This document shows positions 1 through 7,457 of a stretch of 29,517 nucleotides of DNA, piece by piece. Every line of letters begins with the position of its first letter. Within the stretch, counting starts at the first letter, position 1. Source of the stretch: a virus (lineage: Duplodnaviria > Caudoviricetes); the IMG/VR virus record IMGVR_UViG_3300036943_000184, positions 1 through 29,517 of that record; one strand, given 5' to 3'. The position numbers and the translations under genes were made by a program. A model generated the notes under the pieces. That model was not told where the DNA came from and made no database searches. It saw only the letters and a list, made by a program, of their open reading frames with translations.

Positions 1-280
1 CGTCTGCTGAAGTATCAGTTCCGCCAGTATTGTTGATAACGGCATCCGCGGCGATAGAAAACTCAGAGGTTCGATCTACCAAGGCGGCAGTGGTGGTAGT
101 TACCTCAATAACCGCTACTAAATGGTCTTCCTTTTTAATATCGGCTACGGTAAGATTCCCTGCGGCACCGCCATCAATTGCGGCCATCTTTACGAACCCT
201 TTGTTCTCTGCACCAAAAGCCCGACGGACAATCCGTCTCCATATCGGGCTTGATCTTTTCATTCGGTCTTTAAGAATCAT
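1..280 (-). CDS. Putative virion structural/head-associated protein, truncated by the window edge (absent from the ORF track)
   Basis: Manual translation from ATG at 280: MILKDRMKRSSPIWRRIVRRAFGAENKGFVKMAAIDGGAAGNLTVADIKKEDHLVAVIEVTTTTAALVDRTSEFSIAADAVINNTGGTDTSAD, open to the edge. AGGAG SD upstream; directly follows the MCP; Ala/Thr/Gly-rich. Confidence 0.7.
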   Translation of the reverse strand, partial: MILKDRMKRSSPIWRRIVRRAFGAENKGFVKMAAIDGGAAGNLTVADIKKEDHLVAVIEVTTTTAALVDRTSEFSIAADAVINNTGGTDTSAD

Positions 281-297
281 TGATTTCTCCTCAATCA

Positions 298-323
298 ATG
301 GGGAGTGCCAAAGCACCCCCCAT
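298..323 (-). other. GC-rich hairpin between MCP and the next gene (RNA stability or attenuation element?)
   Basis: Minus strand reads ATGGGGGGTGC-TTTG-GCACTCCCCAT, an 11 bp stem with one G:U pair. No U-tract follows on the minus strand. Confidence 0.45.
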
Positions 324-341
324 CAGTTCTTTTTGCTACGA

Positions 342-1739
342 TCAGAACCAACCAAGGTTGGACGGTGAGATGTTCTTGATATAGGCGTGCTGTTCGTTCT
401 TTTTCAGAGCGAGCGCACCAAACAGAAGCATCAGGAACGGATACACAGCCGCGTTGGTGGGATACAGATCAAACTTCATCAGAGGCAGGAACTGAAACCA
501 CTCAATCGCGTCGTAAATCTGATCCATGGTCAAAACAAACGCCTGCGAAGTGCCGGGAAGATCGGTGTTGTCATCGGTAATAACGGTCGGGTCTCCGGTG
601 TAGGCAACAGTTTTCATATACCGACAATCGTCAGCACTACCGGCATCCTTTTTGGAGCGGTACACTTTGAGAGCCGTCGGTACAATAGCACCCGGGCCGA
701 TACTCATGGTAACATTTTCACCCGCGACAGCGGTAGTAACCGCAGTACAAGTCAGCGGAGTACTGTCCCCATATTTATTCACCGCAACTATCTTGTAGTA
801 GTACTCTCCGAGGTCTGCGGCAGTAAAACTGGAACCAGCATCGACACCACCAGCGGCGGGAGCTACGTCCTCAGTCGGAACATTCGGGCGGGTCGTGGTA
901 AGCGTAGACGCTACCGGAGTACTCCCCTCTTTGATGAATACATCATCAAGAAGTTCCATCTCACCGAACGGAGTCGGGTATCGGTTGAAAACCGTAGAAC
1001 CTACGGACTGCCCCGCCTGAAAGCGAATACGGTCACGGAGAAGGTTCTGAACATCCTGCATAACCATAGTACTCATCAGCATCAGAGACGCTTTTCCATA
1101 GTTGTCACGGATGACACGGGATGCTTCGTTGGCTTTCTTTTCAAACTCGGCACTGTCAGCGGCGGCACCGCGAACATCAAGAATGTTATCGCTGCCGGTG
1201 ATCTGTGCCAGAAGGCCGTCGGGCTGTTCGGATACATACGCAGAGTTACCATAGAACATTGCGTGCTCTACGTTGCGGATTATCCACAAAGCACCAGCGT
1301 TTTGCTCAATTGTCAGGGCATTCTCGATCATATTTGAAAGAGTCGCCTGAAGGGAGGCTTTCCGCATAGTCTGAAGATACTTTGCATTTTTGTACACACG
1401 TTCGATGGTCTGATCCGCTTCAGTAGAGGTGCCTTCTTCAGCTACCCACGCACCGTCGAACGATCCAACTGCACTTCTCTTGTCCCACTGGTGAACAGGA
1501 GAGGGGATCGGTTTCTTTTTGATTCTCTGGAAAAGACGGGCCTCATCCTGTACCCACAGAACATTTACCAGAGTATTCTCCAGCGATTCAGGAATAAGGG
1601 CACGACCTCCGGTGTAAGCATCGGCATCAACCCCGGTACCGGCAGTCAAAGCCTTCTGGAGTTCCTGAAGAACAGCCACATTACCCATATCGCCGAACCC
1701 ACCGCTTCCGACGGGAAATTGGTTTGGATTGAGAATCAT
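342..1739 (-). CDS. Major capsid protein, SPO1/Twort-like
   Basis: 465 aa. N-terminal LQKALTAG...GGRALIPESLE motif, FYGNS..PDGL core, and an Fn3/Ig-like insertion (YYYKIVAVNKYGDS...VYRSK...ITDDNTDLPGT) typical of this MCP family. Follows protease and scaffold genes. Confidence 0.92.
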   Translation of the reverse strand: MILNPNQFPVGSGGFGDMGNVAVLQELQKALTAGTGVDADAYTGGRALIPESLENTLVNVLWVQDEARLFQRIKKKPIPSPVHQWDKRSAVGSFDGAWVAEEGTSTEADQTIERVYKNAKYLQTMRKASLQATLSNMIENALTIEQNAGALWIIRNVEHAMFYGNSAYVSEQPDGLLAQITGSDNILDVRGAAADSAEFEKKANEASRVIRDNYGKASLMLMSTMVMQDVQNLLRDRIRFQAGQSVGSTVFNRYPTPFGEMELLDDVFIKEGSTPVASTLTTTRPNVPTEDVAPAAGGVDAGSSFTAADLGEYYYKIVAVNKYGDSTPLTCTAVTTAVAGENVTMSIGPGAIVPTALKVYRSKKDAGSADDCRYMKTVAYTGDPTVITDDNTDLPGTSQAFVLTMDQIYDAIEWFQFLPLMKFDLYPTNAAVYPFLMLLFGALALKKNEQHAYIKNISPSNLGWF

Positions 1740-2434
1740 TAGTTTCCCTCCTTCTTTATGAGATCGGCAATTTTCCGATCAAGAACATCATTGCTCTTGA
1801 ACAGTAGACCTTTATTGATCCGGCCTTCGATCATGTTCGCTTCCATCAGATCAAGCTTTCCGCTTCGGAGCCATTCCCGGGATTTTATCAGCACGGTGTT
1901 GTTGTCAACATCGACTGCTCCATCAGCCCCTTCGAATCGGCTTTTCTGAAGACGCTTTACAGAGCGACTTCCAACAGGCTGTTCACCCATCGATTTGACC
2001 ATCTCCCGAGTTGACTTCTGAAGCTGTGCGCTGGCCGCAATGACCTTAGCCTGACTTTTAATCATGCTTTCGGTTTTGCCAATACGCCTTCCAACAGACT
2101 TCTGAAGCTGTGTGATGGATTCATCGATAGCTTTCGCAAGCTGGAACAGAAATGGTTCGACATCCATTGCCGCCGCCGCTTCGGGGTCTTCGGCAAGAAG
2201 GTCGGGAATGGACTTCCGATATTCGTCTTCGTCCTCTTCCTCATCCACTTCATCCTCTTCCTCTGCTTCTTCCTCATCTTCCTCTTTCGGAGGGGCTTTC
2301 TTTGCTTTCTTCAGCTCCTCGTCCTGTTCGAGGCCCAACGACTTTTGGAGGTCTTCCAATGCGTCGTTGAACCCCTTCTCGATGAGTTCATCATCCAGAA
2401 GAACTTCGTCAGCTACGCTTTCATTATCTTTCAT
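1739..2434 (-). CDS. Capsid scaffolding protein
   Basis: Lies between protease and MCP. Acidic tract, coiled-coil character, and 11 hydrophobic-x-K-[S/A] motifs (LQKS x4, LKKA, YRKS, LAKA, MIKS, MVKS, LIKS, LFKS). Confidence 0.75.
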   Translation of the reverse strand: MKDNESVADEVLLDDELIEKGFNDALEDLQKSLGLEQDEELKKAKKAPPKEEDEEEAEEEDEVDEEEDEDEYRKSIPDLLAEDPEAAAAMDVEPFLFQLAKAIDESITQLQKSVGRRIGKTESMIKSQAKVIAASAQLQKSTREMVKSMGEQPVGSRSVKRLQKSRFEGADGAVDVDNNTVLIKSREWLRSGKLDLMEANMIEGRINKGLLFKSNDVLDRKIADLIKKEGN

Positions 2435-2461
2435 TCGTAGCTACCTCCACTAAGATATTTT

Positions 2462-3262
2462 TCACCGCCTTCCCCCGACAACCGCGGGTATTTTACGAGC
2501 GATGTAATTTACTATTTTTATGGCTTCATTACCCTCATAACCATGGTCATATACAAAATTGAGCATATCATTATAGCTGTTTACCTGCCCCCGTCGTATA
2601 GACTGAAGAAGGTCACTAAATAATGATCGCAAGTCTGCCATATTGATTTCAGATGCGGGTGAACCCTGAAGGCTTTCAGGCGTGAGTGCCCGACCACCGG
2701 TAAAGGTTGCCGCGTTCACTCCACCCCCCGCCAAAAGTGCTTTGGCAAAAGCCTCAAATGGAACCACCTGAACATTTCCGAGTGTCCCATCATTGACGGG
2801 TTTATGGGTTATCGCAATTTCGTCCCACACTACTTGCTGTATTCTCTTCGATGCTTTCTGAAGAATGCCACCGCCAATAGATGCTCCTAATCTACGTGCA
2901 CCGGATTGTATGTTATTCCACACTTTCTTGGCAATATCATTCTTTTGATACAAAAAACCCTTCACCAACGTTCGTCCGGTATCTGTAAAGCGAACATCCA
3001 ACGGCTCTCCAATAATGAACCCGGGGTCATTGGTAATTTTGTGCTTATGATCCCAAGACAGGACACCATGGGTAAGGTAATAATCAGCGGCTTTCTTCAA
3101 GGCCCCCATTTCTACCGTTTCACCATCCTGGTCTTCCATTTCATTCGAGGCTTCAAGATATACCACCCACTGCCCTTTCTCCTCAGCACCTTTTATAAGT
3201 ACCGCACCGCCGAAAGGACTGTAGAACGGGTTTTTCAGTTGCTCTACATCTCTGCCCATCAC
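2462..3262 (-). CDS. Prohead (capsid maturation) protease, HK97/U35-like
   Basis: Motifs ASNEMEDQDGE, LSWDH (His), IIGEP, GASIGG (Ser), EIAITHKPVN; position upstream of scaffold and MCP. Confidence 0.88.
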   Translation of the reverse strand: MMGRDVEQLKNPFYSPFGGAVLIKGAEEKGQWVVYLEASNEMEDQDGETVEMGALKKAADYYLTHGVLSWDHKHKITNDPGFIIGEPLDVRFTDTGRTLVKGFLYQKNDIAKKVWNNIQSGARRLGASIGGGILQKASKRIQQVVWDEIAITHKPVNDGTLGNVQVVPFEAFAKALLAGGGVNAATFTGGRALTPESLQGSPASEINMADLRSLFSDLLQSIRRGQVNSYNDMLNFVYDHGYEGNEAIKIVNYIARKIPAVVGGRR

Positions 3263-3275
3263 AAAGTCTCCATAT

Positions 3276-3356
3276 AAAAAAATGTCCGTTGACAGTATAG
3301 GCTAACCGGGTGTGGGGGACGGTCTCACCTTATATGTCAACGGACTCTTTGGCCTC
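3276..3356 (-). promoter_or_regulatory. Structured leader/terminator-like element with tandem GAG-n-CC boxes downstream of the Com-like gene
   Basis: Perfect 11 bp inverted repeat GTCCGTTGACA (3284-3294) / TGTCAACGGAC (3335-3345), followed on the minus strand by A then T7 (3276-3282). GAGGCC-AAA-GAGTCC (3356-3342) overlaps the 5' foot of the stem. Confidence 0.55.
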
Positions 3357-3361
3357 TATAT

Positions 3362-3805
3362 TTATTCTATCACAGCTATCTGTGGGGACACAACTATTTT
3401 ACCACATTTTCTACATTTTACTTCAATCATTGCTTTCTCAAGATTTCTCCCCTTAAAAAGCAATGCGCCACAGTTTCCGCATCGAAACTCATCCAATGTA
3501 GCGTTGTGGCCTACCATAAGCTTCATGCCCCCGATATTATCGACCATGGATTTATTCGCCACTTTGTGCGCCCTTTTTTTCCAATCGGGGTTCTTTTCTT
3601 TCCATTCAGATACCGTCTGATTTTTTTTCTTTCTGGAACTGCTATATTTGGGTTTGTACTCCCCTGTTCGGGCCATACGTTTGTAGATTCCCACTACATA
3701 CTCCCAATCTTCAGCGTGACCCTCTTCCTCAGCCCGCTCTTTTGCACGTTTCCATTTCTCTTCGTCAAACGGCTCTCCGTATACGGTCTTCCAATTCGGA
3801 GGCAT
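3362..3805 (-). CDS. Com-family zinc-finger regulator fused to a small N-terminal helical domain
   Basis: C-terminal FRCGNCGALLFKG...IEVKCRKCGKI matches the Mu Com pattern. N-terminal DEEKWKRAK...DWEYVVGIYKRM is a separate helical module. Confidence 0.75.
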   Translation of the reverse strand: MPPNWKTVYGEPFDEEKWKRAKERAEEEGHAEDWEYVVGIYKRMARTGEYKPKYSSSRKKKNQTVSEWKEKNPDWKKRAHKVANKSMVDNIGGMKLMVGHNATLDEFRCGNCGALLFKGRNLEKAMIEVKCRKCGKIVVSPQIAVIE

Positions 3806-3814
3806 GATCCAATC

Positions 3815-4075
3815 TTACTCCTCGTCGAATAAATCAGGAAATGCTTGTTTGAAATCAGCATACTCGGGCGTACCCAATGCATTCGAGGCGAGATACTTTA
3901 TCGCCGCTTTCATAACCACGATCGGGTCTCTTACTTTTTTTGGTACACGCTTTACTGATTCTTCGTTTTCAGTGGGTTTGGGCTCCTCACTTTCAGTGGG
4001 TTTGGAGGCCTGTACATCCATACCCACCTCATTGATTTCCTGATCTTTCGTCTTTTCTTGCTCTGCTTTCATCAT
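3815..4075 (-). CDS. Hypothetical protein
   Basis: 86 aa, GAGGGAG SD, fits the operon packing; short KPTE repeat. Confidence 0.65.
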   Translation of the reverse strand: MMKAEQEKTKDQEINEVGMDVQASKPTESEEPKPTENEESVKRVPKKVRDPIVVMKAAIKYLASNALGTPEYADFKQAFPDLFDEE

Positions 4076-4116
4076 TTCTCCCTCTCAAAATAATTATATA
4101 CTAATAGTATACCATA

Positions 4117-6225
4117 CTATTCTTCCCAAGGAACAGGTTTTATAGTTGATTCGTATTCATCCGGCCTTTTCTGCATAGCCTCTCCACGTTTCATAGCTTG
4201 ATCCATAGCCGCCCTTATCTTTGCATCCCACGACTCAAACCCCGGAATATATCGTACCCATGTACATCGACAGTTCTTTACAACTATTCCATTGCAAGTA
4301 TACAATCCATATATATCATCGGTCAGATCATATACACACCCGCTATACGAAGAGGTCTCGGTATGTTGGATTTTATCAGAGATGAGAAAGGAAGGAGACT
4401 CCCAAGCTATCCCCCTAAACTCTCTCAGACTGTCGTCAAAAGATACCTCGCTGGAGAACCTATATATAAACTCTCGGCTGAGACTGGAATGAGTCGCACC
4501 GCCTTCCGAAAGCGTCTTATCGAACAACACGGCATCATCCTCAGAGACATTTCGGAAAGCAACAAAATCCGAATGTCCGAATGCACCCCGGAGGGGTGGA
4601 AGAAGCTCACCATGAAGGCGCGTATTGCGAAGAGAGGAAAACCAGTCCCTATAAAGACTCTTCAAAAGATCGCTGTCAGCCGAAAGGCCAAAACGGAATC
4701 TAACGCTGTCGATGAGTCTCTGATAATTGAGCTTCAAGAGTAAGGACTCGATATCACCCCCCAAAAGGCCATAGGTATTTACAATATCGATTGTTTTATC
4801 CATGAACCGTCCATCACCGTGGAGACATTCGGAGAACGATGGCACAACCATGGGAGGCACTATGCTCGTATGCTTCGCCGATGTAAAGAAATCCTCGATC
4901 AGAATATCTCCTTGATAATTATTCGGATTGATGTCCTCCATCATTCCCTCAGCATCGGTACTTTTGAGTATGTCCATTCCCTCATGGAGGAACTTCGCCT
5001 TTACAAATCCAAAGGGAGTCAGTATAGGGTGATTCTCGGTAACGGACAAAACGCTCCCACTCTCAGTAATTATTTCAACGACCGGGCCTTCATAGAAGCC
5101 CTTCATGGCGGTACTGGGTAACGCGGAGGTAATCGACTGCCCCGGCAATATAGCGTGTGGATGTTGAGCGCCGGCAGCTACCCACCAATTCCTTCTCGGT
5201 CTTCCGTAATTACTTTTATTCGGCCAAATGGCAGTGTACGTCTCTCCATTCACCTTTACTTTATCTCCCCCGCCAGACGGGGGTGCATCAAGTACCACTA
5301 CAATTCTACCATCTACTTCACCTCTACACCACGGGCACGCTTCGGTAGCCGATACTCCACGCATGAAAACAACCTCACCCTCTTCAGCATTCTCTAACTC
5401 AGTTAATATCTGTCCATTGTTTTGAGAATTGGCAATCTCCGTCTCCGCAATCCTGCGCCAATCACGATTCATCTCCCCAAAGTTATCAAATAGCCTTTCG
5501 CCAAGCTCTCCGGTAGAATGACGATTTGTTATAGAATCCTGAATAGTATCGTGGATTTTCTTGAATTGTTTTTGTGGCAACTCTACAATCAACTCTGCGG
5601 CGTGTTGCGACGCAAAGGTTTTAGCATTCTTCCATTGCGGGCTGTTCATCTTTGCCAACGTGTCATCTATCTGTGATTGGATCGACGAATAGCCAAGCTT
5701 GATTGCAGTATCAATTGGCATGCCTTTAAGTATCTTTCCGAGAGCTAGCGCGTGCAGGGCGATCCGCTCATCCTCCCCAGCATATATATAATTTAATGTT
5801 TTCAAAATGTCTCTTTTAATAATCTTCCACTTTGCATTCGACAAAGGTTTTCCATTACTCGGGTCTATAAAGATTCTATTATTTAATACAAAAGTGTTTT
5901 TTGGAAGTGCTTTCTCCAGTCTGAACCATTGGCTCATCATAGCCTCATAGAAATCCAAGAGGCCCCGCTCTACCCTGTTTTTGCTCATTTTCTCCAAATC
6001 ACGTACTGATTTGAATGGTGATATCTCTTTTTGCTGCCTCTCGGAATCGTAACCAAGGGCTTTCGTAAGGGCAGATATTCCGGCCTCAAACTTAGCCCCC
6101 CTATGAAGGTGTACATTTCTGATTTCTATTAGACAATTTTTTTCTTCAGACTTCATACAAAGTTCACACACGCCCGCGTCCCCTTCCAGAAATAAACGAA
6201 CAGTAAGATCGATAAAGCATTGCAT
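4117..6225 (-). CDS. MuF/SPP1 gp7-like head morphogenesis protein containing an intein (true start may be slightly downstream)
   Basis: NRDWRRIAETE, ACPWC, and an HPH|CRC motif split by the intein; these are MuF hallmarks. Confidence 0.85.
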   Translation of the reverse strand: MQCFIDLTVRLFLEGDAGVCELCMKSEEKNCLIEIRNVHLHRGAKFEAGISALTKALGYDSERQQKEISPFKSVRDLEKMSKNRVERGLLDFYEAMMSQWFRLEKALPKNTFVLNNRIFIDPSNGKPLSNAKWKIIKRDILKTLNYIYAGEDERIALHALALGKILKGMPIDTAIKLGYSSIQSQIDDTLAKMNSPQWKNAKTFASQHAAELIVELPQKQFKKIHDTIQDSITNRHSTGELGERLFDNFGEMNRDWRRIAETEIANSQNNGQILTELENAEEGEVVFMRGVSATEACPWCRGEVDGRIVVVLDAPPSGGGDKVKVNGETYTAIWPNKSNYGRPRRNWWVAAGAQHPHAILPGQSITSALPSTAMKGFYEGPVVEIITESGSVLSVTENHPILTPFGFVKAKFLHEGMDILKSTDAEGMMEDINPNNYQGDILIEDFFTSAKHTSIVPPMVVPSFSECLHGDGRFMDKTIDIVNTYGLLGGDIESLLLKLNYQRLIDSVRFRFGLSADSDLLKSLYRDWFSSLRNTRLHGELLPPLRGAFGHSDFVAFRNVSEDDAVLFDKTLSEGGATHSSLSREFIYRFSSEVSFDDSLREFRGIAWESPSFLISDKIQHTETSSYSGCVYDLTDDIYGLYTCNGIVVKNCRCTWVRYIPGFESWDAKIRAAMDQAMKRGEAMQKRPDEYESTIKPVPWEE
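4277..4319 (+). promoter_or_regulatory. Candidate sigma70-type promoter(s) for the antisense endonuclease gene
   Basis: TTTACA(4277-4282)-N18-TACAAT(4301-4306) and TTGCAA(4292-4297)-N16-TATCAT(4314-4319), both inside the intein coding sequence. Confidence 0.4.
4363..5121 (+). pseudogene. Antisense-nested HTH + Vsr/DUF559 (EDxHD-like) endonuclease gene inside the intein, with one in-frame TAA at 4741-4743
   Basis: Track ORFs 4198..4743 and 4819..5121 share a frame. AGAGGT SD lies 6 nt before ATG 4363. HTH-like VVKRYLAGEPIYKLSAETGMSRTAFRKRLIEQHGIILR, then ELQE*GLDITPQKAIGIYNIDCFIHEPSITVETFGERWH. Confidence 0.75.
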
Positions 6226-6544
6226 GAGTAGGAATTAACTTCTTTACAAATATACCAGCACTTGCCGGGTTCCTATTCATTTCTTTGATAAGTTCCTCAC
6301 CCGGTCTACTACGCCCATGCATAGCACACCACGTATCAAAACGGTCTCCATATCCGAGCAGCGTCCCCCCACTAAACTCAGTGGCAATCCGAATAATATC
6401 GTCAAGCTCTTCATTCGTTTTATTCGCTATCTCATTCCGTAAAATGAATCCGCGTTCAGCAGCAGTTAATTGCTTTCTACCCGTTTTCGATCGGTAATCT
6501 ATGTACTGCTCAATAAGTTCAAGCGACTTCTTTTTCGTTTCCAT
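6164..6544 (-). CDS. Hypothetical protein
   Basis: 126 aa, overlaps its neighbours in operon fashion, GGGGA SD. Confidence 0.6.
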   Translation of the reverse strand: METKKKSLELIEQYIDYRSKTGRKQLTAAERGFILRNEIANKTNEELDDIIRIATEFSGGTLLGYGDRFDTWCAMHGRSRPGEELIKEMNRNPASAGIFVKKLIPTHAMLYRSYCSFISGRGRGRV

Positions 6545-7457
6545 AATCCCCTGCCTTATCTAGAAACTTTCGATACCCCGCGGAGTGCTCCATTCTAAAT
6601 ATGAAATTATTTCGCGTCCGTACACTGCTTATTTGATTCAATAGAAACGCCTTCGCATAAGCATACGGTATTTTGAATTGTACAACCGCACTGTAATATG
6701 TCTTCGAACCTTCTTTCTTCCCCTTCTGCCGTACCATAATAGTAAGACCGTCTCCATTATATTTCAGCTCCATATCCTTGGCTTTTTTTGGAAGGTACCA
6801 TTTTTTTCCTGATTTGGGTTTTCCTTTCAATACCTTGGCATTTTTATTTTTAATCATGCGTCTAACATGCTCTGTAGATAATTCGCCAGTAATGTCCCAC
6901 CCCCCAACCCTTTTCTTTGCGGCGGATAATATAGACGGCTTGACTACAGGAAGCTCAGTAGAGTGCTTTCCCTCTTTGTAATCATAATATACATTCCCCT
7001 TCTTACTGATGACTTTCGTCTTCAGCTTCGTTTTTGGTCTTGTACTATATGTATTTTTTAGTTTCAACAGTGACCTTCCAAACATATCAAGCACGCTCTG
7101 TTTTTCTCCGGGGGTAGCATTGGCCCGTCGCACCCGATCGACAACATCTTTATATATACGGTGTGCCTGAGACGCATCGTTATTTTTTATATCTTTGACT
7201 AACCCTTCAAAACTAAATATACCTCGACTTTGTAAAACATCGTCTACAATTGCCCCAAGACTACTTGCCATCGAGTATTCAAAATAGCTCTGAGCAGATT
7301 CCTTTTTTGCTTCTATCTGTTCTTCAGTAGTTTTAGTCTCGGCAATCTTTATCCACTTCTTACCAACTTTTTTATACTTATTCCCATCGGCCCATGTTCT
7401 TACTGTGTTTTCCGGGAGTGCTTTTGCTTTTGTTATGGTATATATCATTGATTCCAC
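6519..7457 (-). CDS. Basic hypothetical protein with a short leader, ITKA motif and a 'P-G/N-T...KK...KW' module; candidate virion cargo
   Basis: MESMIYTITKA|KALPENTVRTWADGNKYKKVGKKWIKI; GGAGG SD. Confidence 0.7.
   Translation of the reverse strand: MESMIYTITKAKALPENTVRTWADGNKYKKVGKKWIKIAETKTTEEQIEAKKESAQSYFEYSMASSLGAIVDDVLQSRGIFSFEGLVKDIKNNDASQAHRIYKDVVDRVRRANATPGEKQSVLDMFGRSLLKLKNTYSTRPKTKLKTKVISKKGNVYYDYKEGKHSTELPVVKPSILSAAKKRVGGWDITGELSTEHVRRMIKNKNAKVLKGKPKSGKKWYLPKKAKDMELKYNGDGLTIMVRQKGKKEGSKTYYSAVVQFKIPYAYAKAFLLNQISSVRTRNNFIFRMEHSAGYRKFLDKAGDYGNEKEVA

Larger units (their letters stand above)
4273..5154 (-). mobile_element. Intein (294 aa) in the MuF HPH|CRC motif; Ala1, Lys-Asn C-terminus, Cys+1
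   Basis: Block A AILPGQSI, block B LSVTENHPILT (TxxH), block F GCVYDLT...LYTCNG, block G IVVKN|C. Removing it restores QHPHCRCTW. Confidence 0.88.

Noticed and set aside
30-368. 112-aa plus-strand ORF
   Set aside because: Shadow of the minus-strand gene starting at 280.
387-1337. 316-aa plus-strand ORF antisense to the MCP
   Set aside because: No recognisable motifs or SD; a typical antisense shadow of a codon-biased gene, unlike the intein antisense ORF, which has domain motifs and expression signals.
2112-2453. Poly-Ser plus-strand ORF
   Set aside because: Antisense reading of the scaffold's Glu/Asp tract.
3966-4006. Short tandem repeat TTCAGTGGGTTTGG
   Set aside because: A simple in-frame KPTE duplication in a disordered region.
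4198-4362. N-terminal extension of the antisense ORF given by the track
   Set aside because: Begins at a non-ATG codon outside the intein and reads as noise; ATG 4363 has a good SD.
4741-4743. Stop-codon reassignment as the explanation for the internal TAA
   Set aside because: TAA, TAG and TGA all end ordinary genes here and long ORFs are intact in the standard code; the only tRNA is not a suppressor.
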